NCBI GenBank assembly: GCA_951812955.1
Contig: OX638340.1
Location: forward strand, 1,120,001-1,184,000
DNA length: 64,000 bases
Reading direction: 5' to 3'
DNA from: an uncultured Gemmatimonadota bacterium
GTDB lineage: Bacteria; JAAXHH01
The notes below the pieces were generated by a model, which saw only the letters and a program-made list of their open reading frames with translations, was not told where the DNA came from and ran no database searches. The position numbers and the translations under genes are program-made. Shown one piece after another: positions 45,764-55,057 of the stretch (position 1 is its first letter; every line of letters starts with the position of its first letter).

Positions 45764-48700
45764 TCAGCGGCCGGAGCCGTGCAGGCGCATGGCTTCTCTG
45801 AAACCCTCCTGAGAGACCCACCGCGTATTGTAGGTGTCCCGGTATTTCTGATGATCAACACTGTTCGGGTAATGGGCTTCGAGACCGTAAGGGTATCGGT
45901 CCATGCCGCGGAAGGGCAGGGGTTCGATCGTCGCCGCTGTCGCCGTGTTCAGGTCGCCTTCCTTGAGCCACCCATCGGTATGCAGAACGAAGTCCCTTTT
46001 CCAGCCCGGCGGTGGTTCGGGAAGGTCATTCGCTTCGAAGGTCACTGCGATTTCCTCTCCCGAACTGTAGACGACGTAACGGCTGTCCGATTTCCGCAAC
46101 AGGGCCGTGACATCACCGTACCGCGTCCTGTATCCCTCGAACGGCAGCCACTGCGGTTCGGCGCTCAGCGTCTGGTAGTCTCTGACGAAAGGACCGAGGG
46201 GCGCCGTCCGGTATTCCCGTGAGTAGCCGCGGTAGTGAAGATCGGCGGACAACGGTTGCAACCGGGTGATCGTTCTTTCGACCCGTTCCGGCTCGTCCAC
46301 GGTGAAAAAGGCCTCGCTCCAGTACAACTCCAGGTTGGTGGTGAGCCTGACGCGGTAGTCATCGGCGGGGAAATGGCCCGTCAGATCGACGAATATGGTC
46401 TTGTGTTCCCCCGAAGGAAAACCGGTGTATGGAATAACGGTACGCCATTGCCCTGCGCGGTCCGGCGTTTCCAGGTACGGCGGTATCACGGCGGTGTTAT
46501 TTCGCTGGGACAGGGCCAGGTTGGAGCTGGGCTCCACGGGCATGATCCAGCCGCAAAGGTACAGGTGGATCCGTTCGGCCCCGCTCAGATCTCCCAAATC
46601 CAGCGTGATCGAATGCGTCTCGGGAACGCCCTGGAATTCCCCGAGTTCGAAGTCACCCACGTACAGGCTGTCCCGTGCCGCGAGACGGGGCAGGATGTCG
46701 TTTCCATTGTGGTCTCGGGCGGCCAAGGGCGGGCGCGGGTCGGTCACGGTGTGGATCTCCAGTCCCGGATAGGGCGGCGGGAGGTACTTTTCATCTACGT
46801 AGATGTCTGTCTCCGCCGGGTGATCGACGACCAGCAATTCCATTTTATCCATGTACACCGCGTCCCATAACTCTTCTACGACACGGACTTCGAACTTTCC
46901 GTCCCGCTCCCGCAGTTGGTCACCCCGGATCTTCACGTAGTCGTTGGCCGCATCCGGATAGGCCGGTGCGCCGGTTTCCGTCAGGGCGCCGATTGCACTG
47001 CGTGTCATCAAGTGCGTGACGAACTCGTACCGCGCGCCGTTCCAAGTGTACAGCGACGGACAGGAGCCCTTAAGCCGCTGGGGTTCTACGATCAGCATGC
47101 GGGACTCCGGATCGATCCGGTTCTGGGGTACGCCGTTGCTCCAGATGACCCGGATAACGTCCGCCTTTTCGCGGCTGCCGAGACCTGCGTGGGAAATGGG
47201 CCCGTCGACCAGCAATGCCTGATAATGTGCGCCGGCGTTGACTTCGATGGTGGATCCAATGCCGTAGAAATTGTTCTTCCCGCTTCCTTCCAACGCCGCG
47301 GCGAGCCGTATGTTGAGCCACCCGTTCGCATTGCCGCCGTCATTGCGGAGCGCGATGATCCGGCCTTCGGACAGCAGCACGAGATCGAGATCGCCGTCGC
47401 CGTCCAGGTCGCTCTTTTCTACGGCTTCGACGTTGCCGGGCAGTTCCGGCAACAAGGCCGCCTGTTCCTCGAACCGGCCGTTCCCCAGGTTTCTGACCAG
47501 CCGGAGTCCGGAGCGTTCCGGGACCGACGTCCCGGCAAGGACCAGGTCGATGAACCCGTCGTTGTCGAAGTCGACAGGCCGAACAACGGCGGGATCAAGG
47601 CCTTCGCAGGCTCCGCCCAGTATCGCGGGTGTGTCCTGCCCGGCGAACCGTACGCCGCCTTCATTCCAGAACAACCTGCATCCATCGATTCCGGATCCCG
47701 CCATGAACAGATCCAGCGCGCCGTCGTTGTTGAAATCGGCGGCCGCGACCATATGCGCCTTGCCCCACCCGATGTCGCCGAACCGGTCCGTCCAGTCCAA
47801 CCACCTGCCCTGCCGTACGTTTCGGTAGAGCCGGTGCGATTCATCTTCAAACAGCGCGACCACGTCCACGGCTCCGTCCCGGTCGAAGTCTCCCCAGGCG
47901 AGCGCCTGACCGGCCGAAGGGAGAAAATCGCCTTCTGCCGCCCCGGCGGGAACGCCGCCTGCCGCCTCTTCGAAACCCGTGGAGGCCGTGGCTTCTTCAA
48001 ACAGTCCGTCCTCCGTATGACGGTAGAACCGGAGCGTCCTCATGTCGGACACCAGGATGTCCAGGTCGCCGTCGTGGTCGAAATCCACTCGCGCAACGGA
48101 TACCGGTGAAGTCGATCCGGTCCATTCAAAGGACTGCGCGAGGACGTAGGTTCCGTCTCCTGCATTATGAAACACCCGCGACTGCCCCGATCCGGCGGCG
48201 AACAGGTCGGCGTCGCCGTCGTTGTCGAAGTCGCCCGTTGCCAGCCTGAAGTCGCCCGTTGCCGGCCCGATATCCGCATCCTCCCCTCCCCTGGCCCAGG
48301 GGATCGAAACCGATTCCCAACCTTCTACTCGGTTGCGCAGCACGACCAGCGCACCTGTACCCGCCAGCACCAGATCCGGGCGGCCGTCCCCGTCCACGTC
48401 CGGCAGCGCCAGGTCTGTCCACGTCCCCGGCGCTTGAAGCGATGCCCCGATCAACGCGTCACCCGCGTCCACGAACCGCATGTCGACGAGGGAGTCCGCG
48501 TCCATGACGGCGAGGCCGGGCGGTGCCGAACGGAAATTGTAGAGCGGTGGCGACTGCTGCGTTGGATCTCCCAGTCGATCCCGAGACCGGCGGTAGGACG
48601 GATCCACGACGAGCAGGTTGCCCAGGATCCCCGCGTTGAATTCGGCTTCGTCAGCGTCCCTACGTTTCAGCGCGTCAAGTGTCCTGTCGAGCCAGGTCCG

Positions 48701-49330
48701 TACATCGTCCGAAAGGGGGACGAGCAACGAGGCCATCCGATCATACCCTTCGACGGCCTCGACGATCCTGCCCATACGGACCAGGGTCTGGTTCAGCTCG
48801 ACGAGTAAGGCCAGGTTGTCCGGTTCGTACGCGAGCATCGCCCGCAACTCGTCCAGTGCATCTTCATCCCGGTGGGCCGGTCCCCGCTGCCTTCTCATTT
48901 CAGTTAGATACTTGTACCTGAGCACCACGTTGGACTCGTTGTGTCCGACCGCGTGCGCAAGCATGTCAAGGGCGCGTTCGCGGTCTCCCCTCGCAGCCGC
49001 GATATCGGACCGGATGGAAAGGACTTCCCCATCCTGCGGGGCGAGATCCGAGGCCCGGTCTATGGCCGCTTCGGCGTTCTCTAAATCCTGCAGTTTCAGC
49101 AGCGCAATGGCCATGTTCGCGTGACCGAGGGGTTCTCGGGGCACCAGCCGGACCAGCGTCTGGAAGGAACCTGCCGCGCCTTCCGGATCATTCCGGTAAA
49201 GATAGGCCAGGCCGGTGTTCTTCTCGGACAGGGCTTCCACCCATACGTCGCGGGAAGGGGATGTATCACCGCATCCCGCGAGCAGGAAAGCGGCCAGTGA
49301 GAACCCGAAAATGGCGGTTGATGTCCGCAT
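45764..49330 (-). CDS. CRTAC1-family lipoprotein: N-terminal TPR region, FG-GAP/VCBS integrin-alpha-like beta-propeller repeats, C-terminal ASPIC/UnbV domain
   Basis: Internal ATG at 49330 with a GAGGGA RBS. Lipobox LAGCG. Many DxDxDGxxD Ca-binding FG-GAP repeats (DVDGDGRPDLVL, DFDNDGDADLF, DFDHDGDLDILV, DFNNDGALDLF, DLDGDGDLDLVLL). C-terminal UnbV-like region. Confidence 0.7.
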   Translation of the reverse strand: MRTSTAIFGFSLAAFLLAGCGDTSPSRDVWVEALSEKNTGLAYLYRNDPEGAAGSFQTLVRLVPREPLGHANMAIALLKLQDLENAEAAIDRASDLAPQDGEVLSIRSDIAAARGDRERALDMLAHAVGHNESNVVLRYKYLTEMRRQRGPAHRDEDALDELRAMLAYEPDNLALLVELNQTLVRMGRIVEAVEGYDRMASLLVPLSDDVRTWLDRTLDALKRRDADEAEFNAGILGNLLVVDPSYRRSRDRLGDPTQQSPPLYNFRSAPPGLAVMDADSLVDMRFVDAGDALIGASLQAPGTWTDLALPDVDGDGRPDLVLAGTGALVVLRNRVEGWESVSIPWARGGEDADIGPATGDFRLATGDFDNDGDADLFAAGSGQSRVFHNAGDGTYVLAQSFEWTGSTSPVSVARVDFDHDGDLDILVSDMRTLRFYRHTEDGLFEEATASTGFEEAAGGVPAGAAEGDFLPSAGQALAWGDFDRDGAVDVVALFEDESHRLYRNVRQGRWLDWTDRFGDIGWGKAHMVAAADFNNDGALDLFMAGSGIDGCRLFWNEGGVRFAGQDTPAILGGACEGLDPAVVRPVDFDNDGFIDLVLAGTSVPERSGLRLVRNLGNGRFEEQAALLPELPGNVEAVEKSDLDGDGDLDLVLLSEGRIIALRNDGGNANGWLNIRLAAALEGSGKNNFYGIGSTIEVNAGAHYQALLVDGPISHAGLGSREKADVIRVIWSNGVPQNRIDPESRMLIVEPQRLKGSCPSLYTWNGARYEFVTHLMTRSAIGALTETGAPAYPDAANDYVKIRGDQLRERDGKFEVRVVEELWDAVYMDKMELLVVDHPAETDIYVDEKYLPPPYPGLEIHTVTDPRPPLAARDHNGNDILPRLAARDSLYVGDFELGEFQGVPETHSITLDLGDLSGAERIHLYLCGWIMPVEPSSNLALSQRNNTAVIPPYLETPDRAGQWRTVIPYTGFPSGEHKTIFVDLTGHFPADDYRVRLTTNLELYWSEAFFTVDEPERVERTITRLQPLSADLHYRGYSREYRTAPLGPFVRDYQTLSAEPQWLPFEGYRTRYGDVTALLRKSDSRYVVYSSGEEIAVTFEANDLPEPPPGWKRDFVLHTDGWLKEGDLNTATAATIEPLPFRGMDRYPYGLEAHYPNSVDHQKYRDTYNTRWVSQEGFREAMRLHGSGR

Positions 49331-49355
49331 CTTGCGTCCCTCTGATCTCAAAGGA

Positions 49356-50102
49356 TCAAAACCGGTTGATGACCATCAGTTCGCTGCCGCCGCCACGCGC
49401 CACGCGCTTCACGGCTATGGCGATCCTGTTTTCCCTGTCAAGGGCGTTCCAGTACGTCCCCATGACCTCTTCCGCTCCGCCTCGCAAGGGCATGACCAGG
49501 GGATCGCCCGTAAACCCCGGCAACGGATCGCCGTCGCCCATGTAGGTCGTCAGGCACAGTCCCAGTCCTGCCGGAGGTGGCGTCGGAGCGTAGGTCGCGC
49601 GGTCGGTGTGGGCGGGATCGACGGGATTTGCTCTGAGCACGCTCAAGGAAACGGCGGGCGTCCCGGTCAGGTCCAGCATGCCGCTGATACGGGGCGTGTA
49701 GTTCGGCGCGTCCGGCTCCCGTTCCCTCGTGGCCAGGGCGGCGTCGAAGGTGCCGCCCCTGGTCAATGCATCTCGGATCGTCAGAGACTGGTCGCCGTTG
49801 GCGACGATATAAAGACCCGGCAGCTCGAGCATGGCCGGATAGATGATCAGATCGGGATTGTCCAGCCTGGATGGATCGGCCGGCATGGTCCGAAGTTCGG
49901 CCCCGTCGACGATGAACCGACGGTTACGGCTGCGCTCGCTCCGGCCCATGATCCAGTAGACTACGAGCCAGGCATCGTCTTCGGCCGTACGGCCGATGAT
50001 CAGGCCCCGCCCAGGGTAGCGGTTACCGTCGATATGCCGAGAAAAGTTCTGATCCGGGCTCAGCCTGGCGTGCATGGGGCGTTCGTTAACCGGTCCTGTC
50101 AT
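49356..50102 (-). CDS. PurO-family protein (archaeal-type IMP cyclohydrolase homolog, NTN-hydrolase fold)
   Basis: YPGRGLIIGRT....VVYWIMGRSERSRNRRF, NPDLIIYPAM, YIVANGDQSLTIRDAL, NYTPRISGML. These align with the remembered M. jannaschii PurO regions (YLGRILAVGRN...VAYRVSSRSFPNR, NPYIAYNCIRI, AVVSNGSHTDTIADKV, NTPRIAAAI). ATGA start/stop overlap with the upstream ATPase. Confidence 0.55.
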   Translation of the reverse strand: MTGPVNERPMHARLSPDQNFSRHIDGNRYPGRGLIIGRTAEDDAWLVVYWIMGRSERSRNRRFIVDGAELRTMPADPSRLDNPDLIIYPAMLELPGLYIVANGDQSLTIRDALTRGGTFDAALATREREPDAPNYTPRISGMLDLTGTPAVSLSVLRANPVDPAHTDRATYAPTPPPAGLGLCLTTYMGDGDPLPGFTGDPLVMPLRGGAEEVMGTYWNALDRENRIAIAVKRVARGGGSELMVINRF

Positions 50103-51253
50103 TTGAAAAGGCTCAATTGATCGGGGCTGATGTCGAGGGTTCTCTCCGAAGGTGCCCGGTCCGGTGCGATATCGCGTTCCAGGAGCAACAAGGCGTCCCT
50201 CACGTCTTCAGCCATCTCCGCATCCGAACCTTCGTGGACGGGTTTCAACAGCAGGACTTCCTCCCGTTCGATACCGGGGTCGGATAGCAGGGCCGCGCTG
50301 TGCGTGCTGATCAACACCTGCCTGCCGGCGTTCCGCTGCATGCGGAGAATCAATACGGCGAGTCGGTTGACGATGCCCGAATGGAGACAGAGCTCGGGTT
50401 CCTCCAGCAACAGCAGTGAATCCCCTTCGAGGAGTGCCCACAACATGCCGATAAGGCGCAGCGTTCCGTCGGAAAACTGGTCTTCCCGCTGTATACCCGC
50501 CCGAGGCCGCCAGTGGGCGTATAGCGCCTGGAGATGGGGACGTCCGGTCTCCCGGTCTCGTACGAATTCGAGTTGTTCGAGCCGAGGCACGGCCAACTTG
50601 AGCACCTCCTCGATCCGGGACAGGCGGGCCTTGCGGGTCCGGTCATGCTCCCGTGCGATTCTGTCCAGGAAATCCTGGCCGTATGGATCGCCTTCGAGTG
50701 TTTGACCACCGATCAGATCCGTGTGGCGTAGAAGCGACGGTACCAGGTGATGGTAGGTGATGGCTTGAAAGAACCGGGCTATGTCCCGGAAATCACGGTT
50801 GGCGGTGATCTGTTCGAGGTAGGTCTGGGTAAGCCGCACGATGTCTTCCCGGTCGTCCTCGTTCGGCCTTTCGAGAATGACGGCCTCGTCCCTGATCACC
50901 CGTTCGAGCGTGATCAGCGTATGCCGGTTCCCCCGGGCCTGCTGCTTGAGCCCGAGTTCGTAGCGCCAGGTCTCATGCCCGTCTGCCGGATCGGAAAATC
51001 GGACCTCGATGGCGATATCGGGATCCCTGCGCGCGGCGAGATTCCGGATCTTGGTCATTCCGCCCCGGTCCGCGACCGCCTTCTGCAGTCCGCCGCCCTC
51101 GATCTTGGCGATATCCCGGAGGAACCGGAATACGTCCATCAGGTTGGACTTCCCGGACGCGTTGGGTCCGACGACGAACTGTCTTTCTCTCAGATCGGCG
51201 TCGATCCGCGGGAAATTTCGCCAGTTTCTGACTTTAATGTGACTCACGTACAT
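50099..51253 (-). CDS. ABC-type ATPase of the AAA_21/AAA_15 (RecF/SMC/OLD-N-terminal-like) family
   Basis: ATG at 51253 with a GGAG RBS; the track TTG at 51268 is rejected. Walker A VVGPNASGKSNLMD, signature/Q-loop region, Walker B/D-loop DSLLLLEEPELCLH, H-loop ISTHS. Confidence 0.7.
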   Translation of the reverse strand: MYVSHIKVRNWRNFPRIDADLRERQFVVGPNASGKSNLMDVFRFLRDIAKIEGGGLQKAVADRGGMTKIRNLAARRDPDIAIEVRFSDPADGHETWRYELGLKQQARGNRHTLITLERVIRDEAVILERPNEDDREDIVRLTQTYLEQITANRDFRDIARFFQAITYHHLVPSLLRHTDLIGGQTLEGDPYGQDFLDRIAREHDRTRKARLSRIEEVLKLAVPRLEQLEFVRDRETGRPHLQALYAHWRPRAGIQREDQFSDGTLRLIGMLWALLEGDSLLLLEEPELCLHSGIVNRLAVLILRMQRNAGRQVLISTHSAALLSDPGIEREEVLLLKPVHEGSDAEMAEDVRDALLLLERDIAPDRAPSERTLDISPDQLSLFK

Positions 51254-51277
51254 GTGCCGCTCCGGCAATCCGGTGTA

Positions 51278-52468
51278 TTAGTCGAAGAATCCCTGGTCGT
51301 CCTCCTTCAGGTAGGGCAGCGTCTTGTCCGGTACCAGGTCGACCCCCAGGCCGGGTCTGTCCCACACATCGATGTAACCGTCCTTCACGATCGGGTCCGG
51401 CAGGCCCTCCACGATGTCGTACCACCAGGCGGGGTTGCCGACGGGATATTCGAAGGCGATGTAGTTGGGCGGCATGGCGGCCGATGCGTGCACCAGCGCC
51501 GCCAGGCCGATCAGGCCGTCGATGACGCCGTGGGGCGCCATTAGCACGCCGTGGAGATCAGCGTATTCGGCGATCCACTTGAGCTCGGCGATCCCGCCCA
51601 CGTCGGCGGGATCGGGACCCACCACGTCCACGGCGCGTTTCTCGATGAGGTCGACGAAGTTTTCCCTGAGATAGATCTGTTCCCCCGTGTGGATGGGCGT
51701 GGACGTCTTCGAATTCACCTCCCGGTACAGGTCGGCCAGGACATAGGGCGTATAGTCTCCGGTGATCATGTCTTCCAGCCACATTATATGCAGATGTTCC
51801 ACGGCTTTTGCGAGGCGCATGGCGTCTGGAACAAGCATGCCCGGCCCGCAATCGAGCGCCAGTCCCACTTCGTCGCCGAGGACCGCTTTCATAGCCTCGA
51901 TGCAGGCCACCAGGTGCTTCAGGCCCTTTTCGGTGAGCGGGCCGCGATTGCCGTGAAATCCGTGACGCTGCAGGTCGCCGTAGAAGAAGTCGGGGACCTG
52001 GGACGGCATCTGGCTATGGAAACTGATGCCCTGTTTGATGATGGTGAATCCTTCAGGCGCCGCCTTCATCCTGGCCATGTCCTCGGCGTAGTCATCCACG
52101 GTTGATCCCTTCATGGGAAACCGTACGGCCCCGTTGTAGACCCGGACCCGGTCCCGCATCTTGCCGCCGAGCAACTTGTACACCGGCAGGCCCGCCGCCT
52201 TGCCGGCGATGTCCCACAGGGCCATCTCGATTGCGCTTACCGAGCTGCCCCACGGCTTGAAACTGCCCAGCCGTCGTATACTCGCGATGACTCTGTTTAC
52301 GTCCGTGGGATCCTGGCCGATGATGAAATCCCGATAGAAGAGGACATGGGGTTTCAGGTAGTGCTTGGAGTTCTCTATCTGTCCAAGCCCGTGGATCCCC
52401 TCGTCCGTGGTGATCCGTACCACGGGGTTCTGGCCGATCACGGCGCATTTCAGGTCGGTGATTCTCAT
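51278..52468 (-). CDS. Enolase-superfamily enzyme (MR/MLE family; D-galactonate dehydratase-like), paralog 3
   Basis: Internal ATG at 52468 overlapping the PhyH stop (ATGA). MRITDLK, EMALWDIAGKAAGLPVYKLLGG, MWLEDM, TGEQIY motifs. Confidence 0.8.
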   Translation of the reverse strand: MRITDLKCAVIGQNPVVRITTDEGIHGLGQIENSKHYLKPHVLFYRDFIIGQDPTDVNRVIASIRRLGSFKPWGSSVSAIEMALWDIAGKAAGLPVYKLLGGKMRDRVRVYNGAVRFPMKGSTVDDYAEDMARMKAAPEGFTIIKQGISFHSQMPSQVPDFFYGDLQRHGFHGNRGPLTEKGLKHLVACIEAMKAVLGDEVGLALDCGPGMLVPDAMRLAKAVEHLHIMWLEDMITGDYTPYVLADLYREVNSKTSTPIHTGEQIYLRENFVDLIEKRAVDVVGPDPADVGGIAELKWIAEYADLHGVLMAPHGVIDGLIGLAALVHASAAMPPNYIAFEYPVGNPAWWYDIVEGLPDPIVKDGYIDVWDRPGLGVDLVPDKTLPYLKEDDQGFFD

Positions 52469-53343
52469 GCTGGATTCCCTTTCGACTGCAACCGTTTCTC
52501 CCATCCTGCCGGTTTGCCCGCTTCATCCCATGCCTTCATTTCGTCCAACAGGCGTTCAACGACTTTCTTTGGCCCCTGGAATCCTCCCTGGCGTTTCATT
52601 TCGCAGACCCCTTCCGACAACTGATCCTCGTATTCCGCTATGGGACCGGCACCGGGTGTCCAGGACGCGTAGGACGTGCAGTACCGCTGGAACATCGTGC
52701 GACGCGGCGGATCGTGCAGGGGCCAGGGGAGCGCGCCGTGACAAAGCGCTTCGGTGAAAATGACGGCGTCCCCGGCGTTGACGGGAACATTGACCACTGC
52801 AGGCGGACCGGAGCGGATGTTAATGTGCTCCGGCCGTTCGAAATAGGTCTTGTGGCTACCCGGTATGCAGACGAATCCGGCCCCGTCGGGAACGTCCACG
52901 AGGGAAATGGCCGCGTTGATGAAGGTGGCGAACACTTCGCCATCCGCCGCCTGGTAATCGTTGGCCGGGTTTCTCCACGCCCCGGAGACACCGTTGTGCA
53001 GCGTGATCTCGTCGCTGTCCGGCAGATTCACGGTGAGTGCGGACAGGAGGTGCTGGGGTCGCTGCCGGGTCAGTGCGAGCACGACGCGCATGATCGGCAG
53101 GTTAAGGACCAACCGGTCGAAAACCGGGTCGGCGTACTCGGCGTGGAGAATGGCCCGCGCGGCCGTCGATTTTTTCCTGGGATCCTCATAGGAACAGAGC
53201 GGCGGCGGCAGTTCGTCTTCGTCCATGCCGTGCCACGCGTCGCACCGGGCGATCATGTGTTCCAGATCCTCCTGGGGAACAACCCGGCGGAGAACCAGGT
53301 AACCATGCAAGTCGAACAGCCACTTTTCTTTGTCTGTGAGCAT
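52465..53343 (-). CDS. Phytanoyl-CoA dioxygenase (PhyH) family Fe(II)/2OG oxygenase, paralog 2
   Basis: PhyH-like length and HxD...H pattern (PGSHKTY ... HGALPW). Gene-order twin of 10753-11625. Confidence 0.65.
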   Translation of the reverse strand: MLTDKEKWLFDLHGYLVLRRVVPQEDLEHMIARCDAWHGMDEDELPPPLCSYEDPRKKSTAARAILHAEYADPVFDRLVLNLPIMRVVLALTRQRPQHLLSALTVNLPDSDEITLHNGVSGAWRNPANDYQAADGEVFATFINAAISLVDVPDGAGFVCIPGSHKTYFERPEHINIRSGPPAVVNVPVNAGDAVIFTEALCHGALPWPLHDPPRRTMFQRYCTSYASWTPGAGPIAEYEDQLSEGVCEMKRQGGFQGPKKVVERLLDEMKAWDEAGKPAGWEKRLQSKGNPA

Positions 53344-53439
53344 CGGGTGAAATTCGTTTGATGTGAACCGGGTGCCGGAATCCGTCGCGGGCGAGGCTCC
53401 ACGCTGGTCTACGCTAATTTACCAGTTTGCGGGCGCTCG

Positions 53440-54888
53440 TCAATTCACATACGCGTTGTGGAACTCGATCCACTTCGGAAGGACTTCCTCGATTACTTCC
53501 CTGGGCGGCAGGAACGCGATCCTCAGGTGACTGGTGCCCGGTTGCTGTCCGAATCCTGCCCCGTTGACCGTGACCAGCCCGGTCCGATCCAGAAGTCCCA
53601 TACAATAATCGAAATCGTCCGTTCCGTCCGGCAGTCCGTCCAGCCGGGGGAACAGGTACATCGCCCCGGTCCGCCCGAAACAGGAAACGCCGTCCATATG
53701 ATCGAATCCCGCCCTTATCATGACCGCCTTGTCGTGGAGGTCTTCGAGGATCTTCCGCCGCTCATGCGTGAAACGGCGGTAGGGCGCCGTGTTCTCCGGC
53801 GGGGGATTGACCAGCAGGTACATCATCAACTGCCCGACCGTGTTCGAGCAGATATTCACCGAAGCCTGTTTAAGCACGAGGTCCGTGAATGACAGATCGG
53901 TGTTCCGAATGCGCGGAGCGTTTCTGATCTCGAGGTATCCGCCCCGGTGGCCGCACTCGCCGTAGAATCCCTTCGAGGTGCTGTGGACGCTGAAGAGCGG
54001 TACGTCGCCCCGGCCCAGCACCCGGGCGAAGGATACGAATCCCGCGTCCGCGTCGTAGACGTTTTCCTGGTAGACCTCGTCGGCGATGATGGCCAGGTCG
54101 TTGTCCCCTGCGAAAGCGATGACCTCCCTGACGGTCTCTTCGTCCAGTACGGCGCCCGTCGGGTTTCCCGGATTGATGACCACCATGGCCTTGACGGTCA
54201 CGCCGCGCTTCCGCGCGCCTTCCAAAGACGAATCCAGCAGATTCCGGTCCATGGCCCAGCCCGATTCCTCGTCGAGGAAATAGTCGACCTGCGTGCCGCC
54301 GCAACGCTTGATGGCGGCGGAATACAGCGGATACTGAGGTATGGGAATCATGACGCCGTCGGATTCGTCGTCAATCAACAGGTCGATGACGTAACGCACC
54401 GCTTCGCTGGCGCCGTTGGTGATGAATATCTGTTCCGGATCGGAACGGGGAACAGAGCCACTGACCGCTCCGTCTCTCCGGTCGATAAATCCCGCCACGG
54501 CTTCCCGGATGAACCGCGGTCCGCTGCTGTCCGAGTAGGCGCCCATGCCGGTTTCCAACTGCGACAGGTAGTTTTCGCTGAGTTCGAGCACGTAATCGGA
54601 GTGGAAGTCGTCCCTTTCCAGTCCGTGCAGGTCAGCACCGTTGAACAGTGTTTTAAGTCGCCGTTCACGCTCGATTCGAATGGGGTGTTCGACCAGGCTC
54701 AGCACCTCCCGGTAGAAGGAGACGGGCTGCTGCCCAAGCGCCTGGGGATTGCCGAGGTTGCACGGAATGATGCGTCTGCCTTGTTGCTTCAGTTCGGCTG
54801 CCCGACTGGGAATCGGTCCCCGCACGGCGTACTCCATTTCGAGTATCCTTCGGTTGACCGTCATGTCCCGGGGCTTTATCGAACCCAT
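53440..54888 (-). CDS. Alanine aminotransferase-type PLP-dependent aminotransferase (class I/II, AlaT/ALT subfamily)
   Basis: ALT-like length (482 aa), NPGNPTG, SKGFYGECGHRGGY (PLP-Lys region characteristic of ALT). GGAG RBS before the ATG at 54888. Confidence 0.75.
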   Translation of the reverse strand: MGSIKPRDMTVNRRILEMEYAVRGPIPSRAAELKQQGRRIIPCNLGNPQALGQQPVSFYREVLSLVEHPIRIERERRLKTLFNGADLHGLERDDFHSDYVLELSENYLSQLETGMGAYSDSSGPRFIREAVAGFIDRRDGAVSGSVPRSDPEQIFITNGASEAVRYVIDLLIDDESDGVMIPIPQYPLYSAAIKRCGGTQVDYFLDEESGWAMDRNLLDSSLEGARKRGVTVKAMVVINPGNPTGAVLDEETVREVIAFAGDNDLAIIADEVYQENVYDADAGFVSFARVLGRGDVPLFSVHSTSKGFYGECGHRGGYLEIRNAPRIRNTDLSFTDLVLKQASVNICSNTVGQLMMYLLVNPPPENTAPYRRFTHERRKILEDLHDKAVMIRAGFDHMDGVSCFGRTGAMYLFPRLDGLPDGTDDFDYCMGLLDRTGLVTVNGAGFGQQPGTSHLRIAFLPPREVIEEVLPKWIEFHNAYVN

Positions 54889-55057
54889 CCCGCAAACTCC
54901 ATTGCCAGATTCTACGTGGTCATACTGCGAACGCTACAATTTCAATCTATAGCGATCGGCAGGGAAATACAATAGGAGCGCTGTGTCAGAGGATCAATTA
55001 TAGAATAAGGTAGGTATGGGCGCTAAGTCCGCATCGTTCTTCCATGTGATCGAACTA

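Noticed and set aside
50099-51268. TTG start at 51268 for the ATPase gene (track start)
   Set aside because: An ATG five codons downstream (51253) has a GGAG RBS at ideal spacing and matches the canonical N-terminus of AAA_21 proteins (MYVSHIKVRNWRNF).
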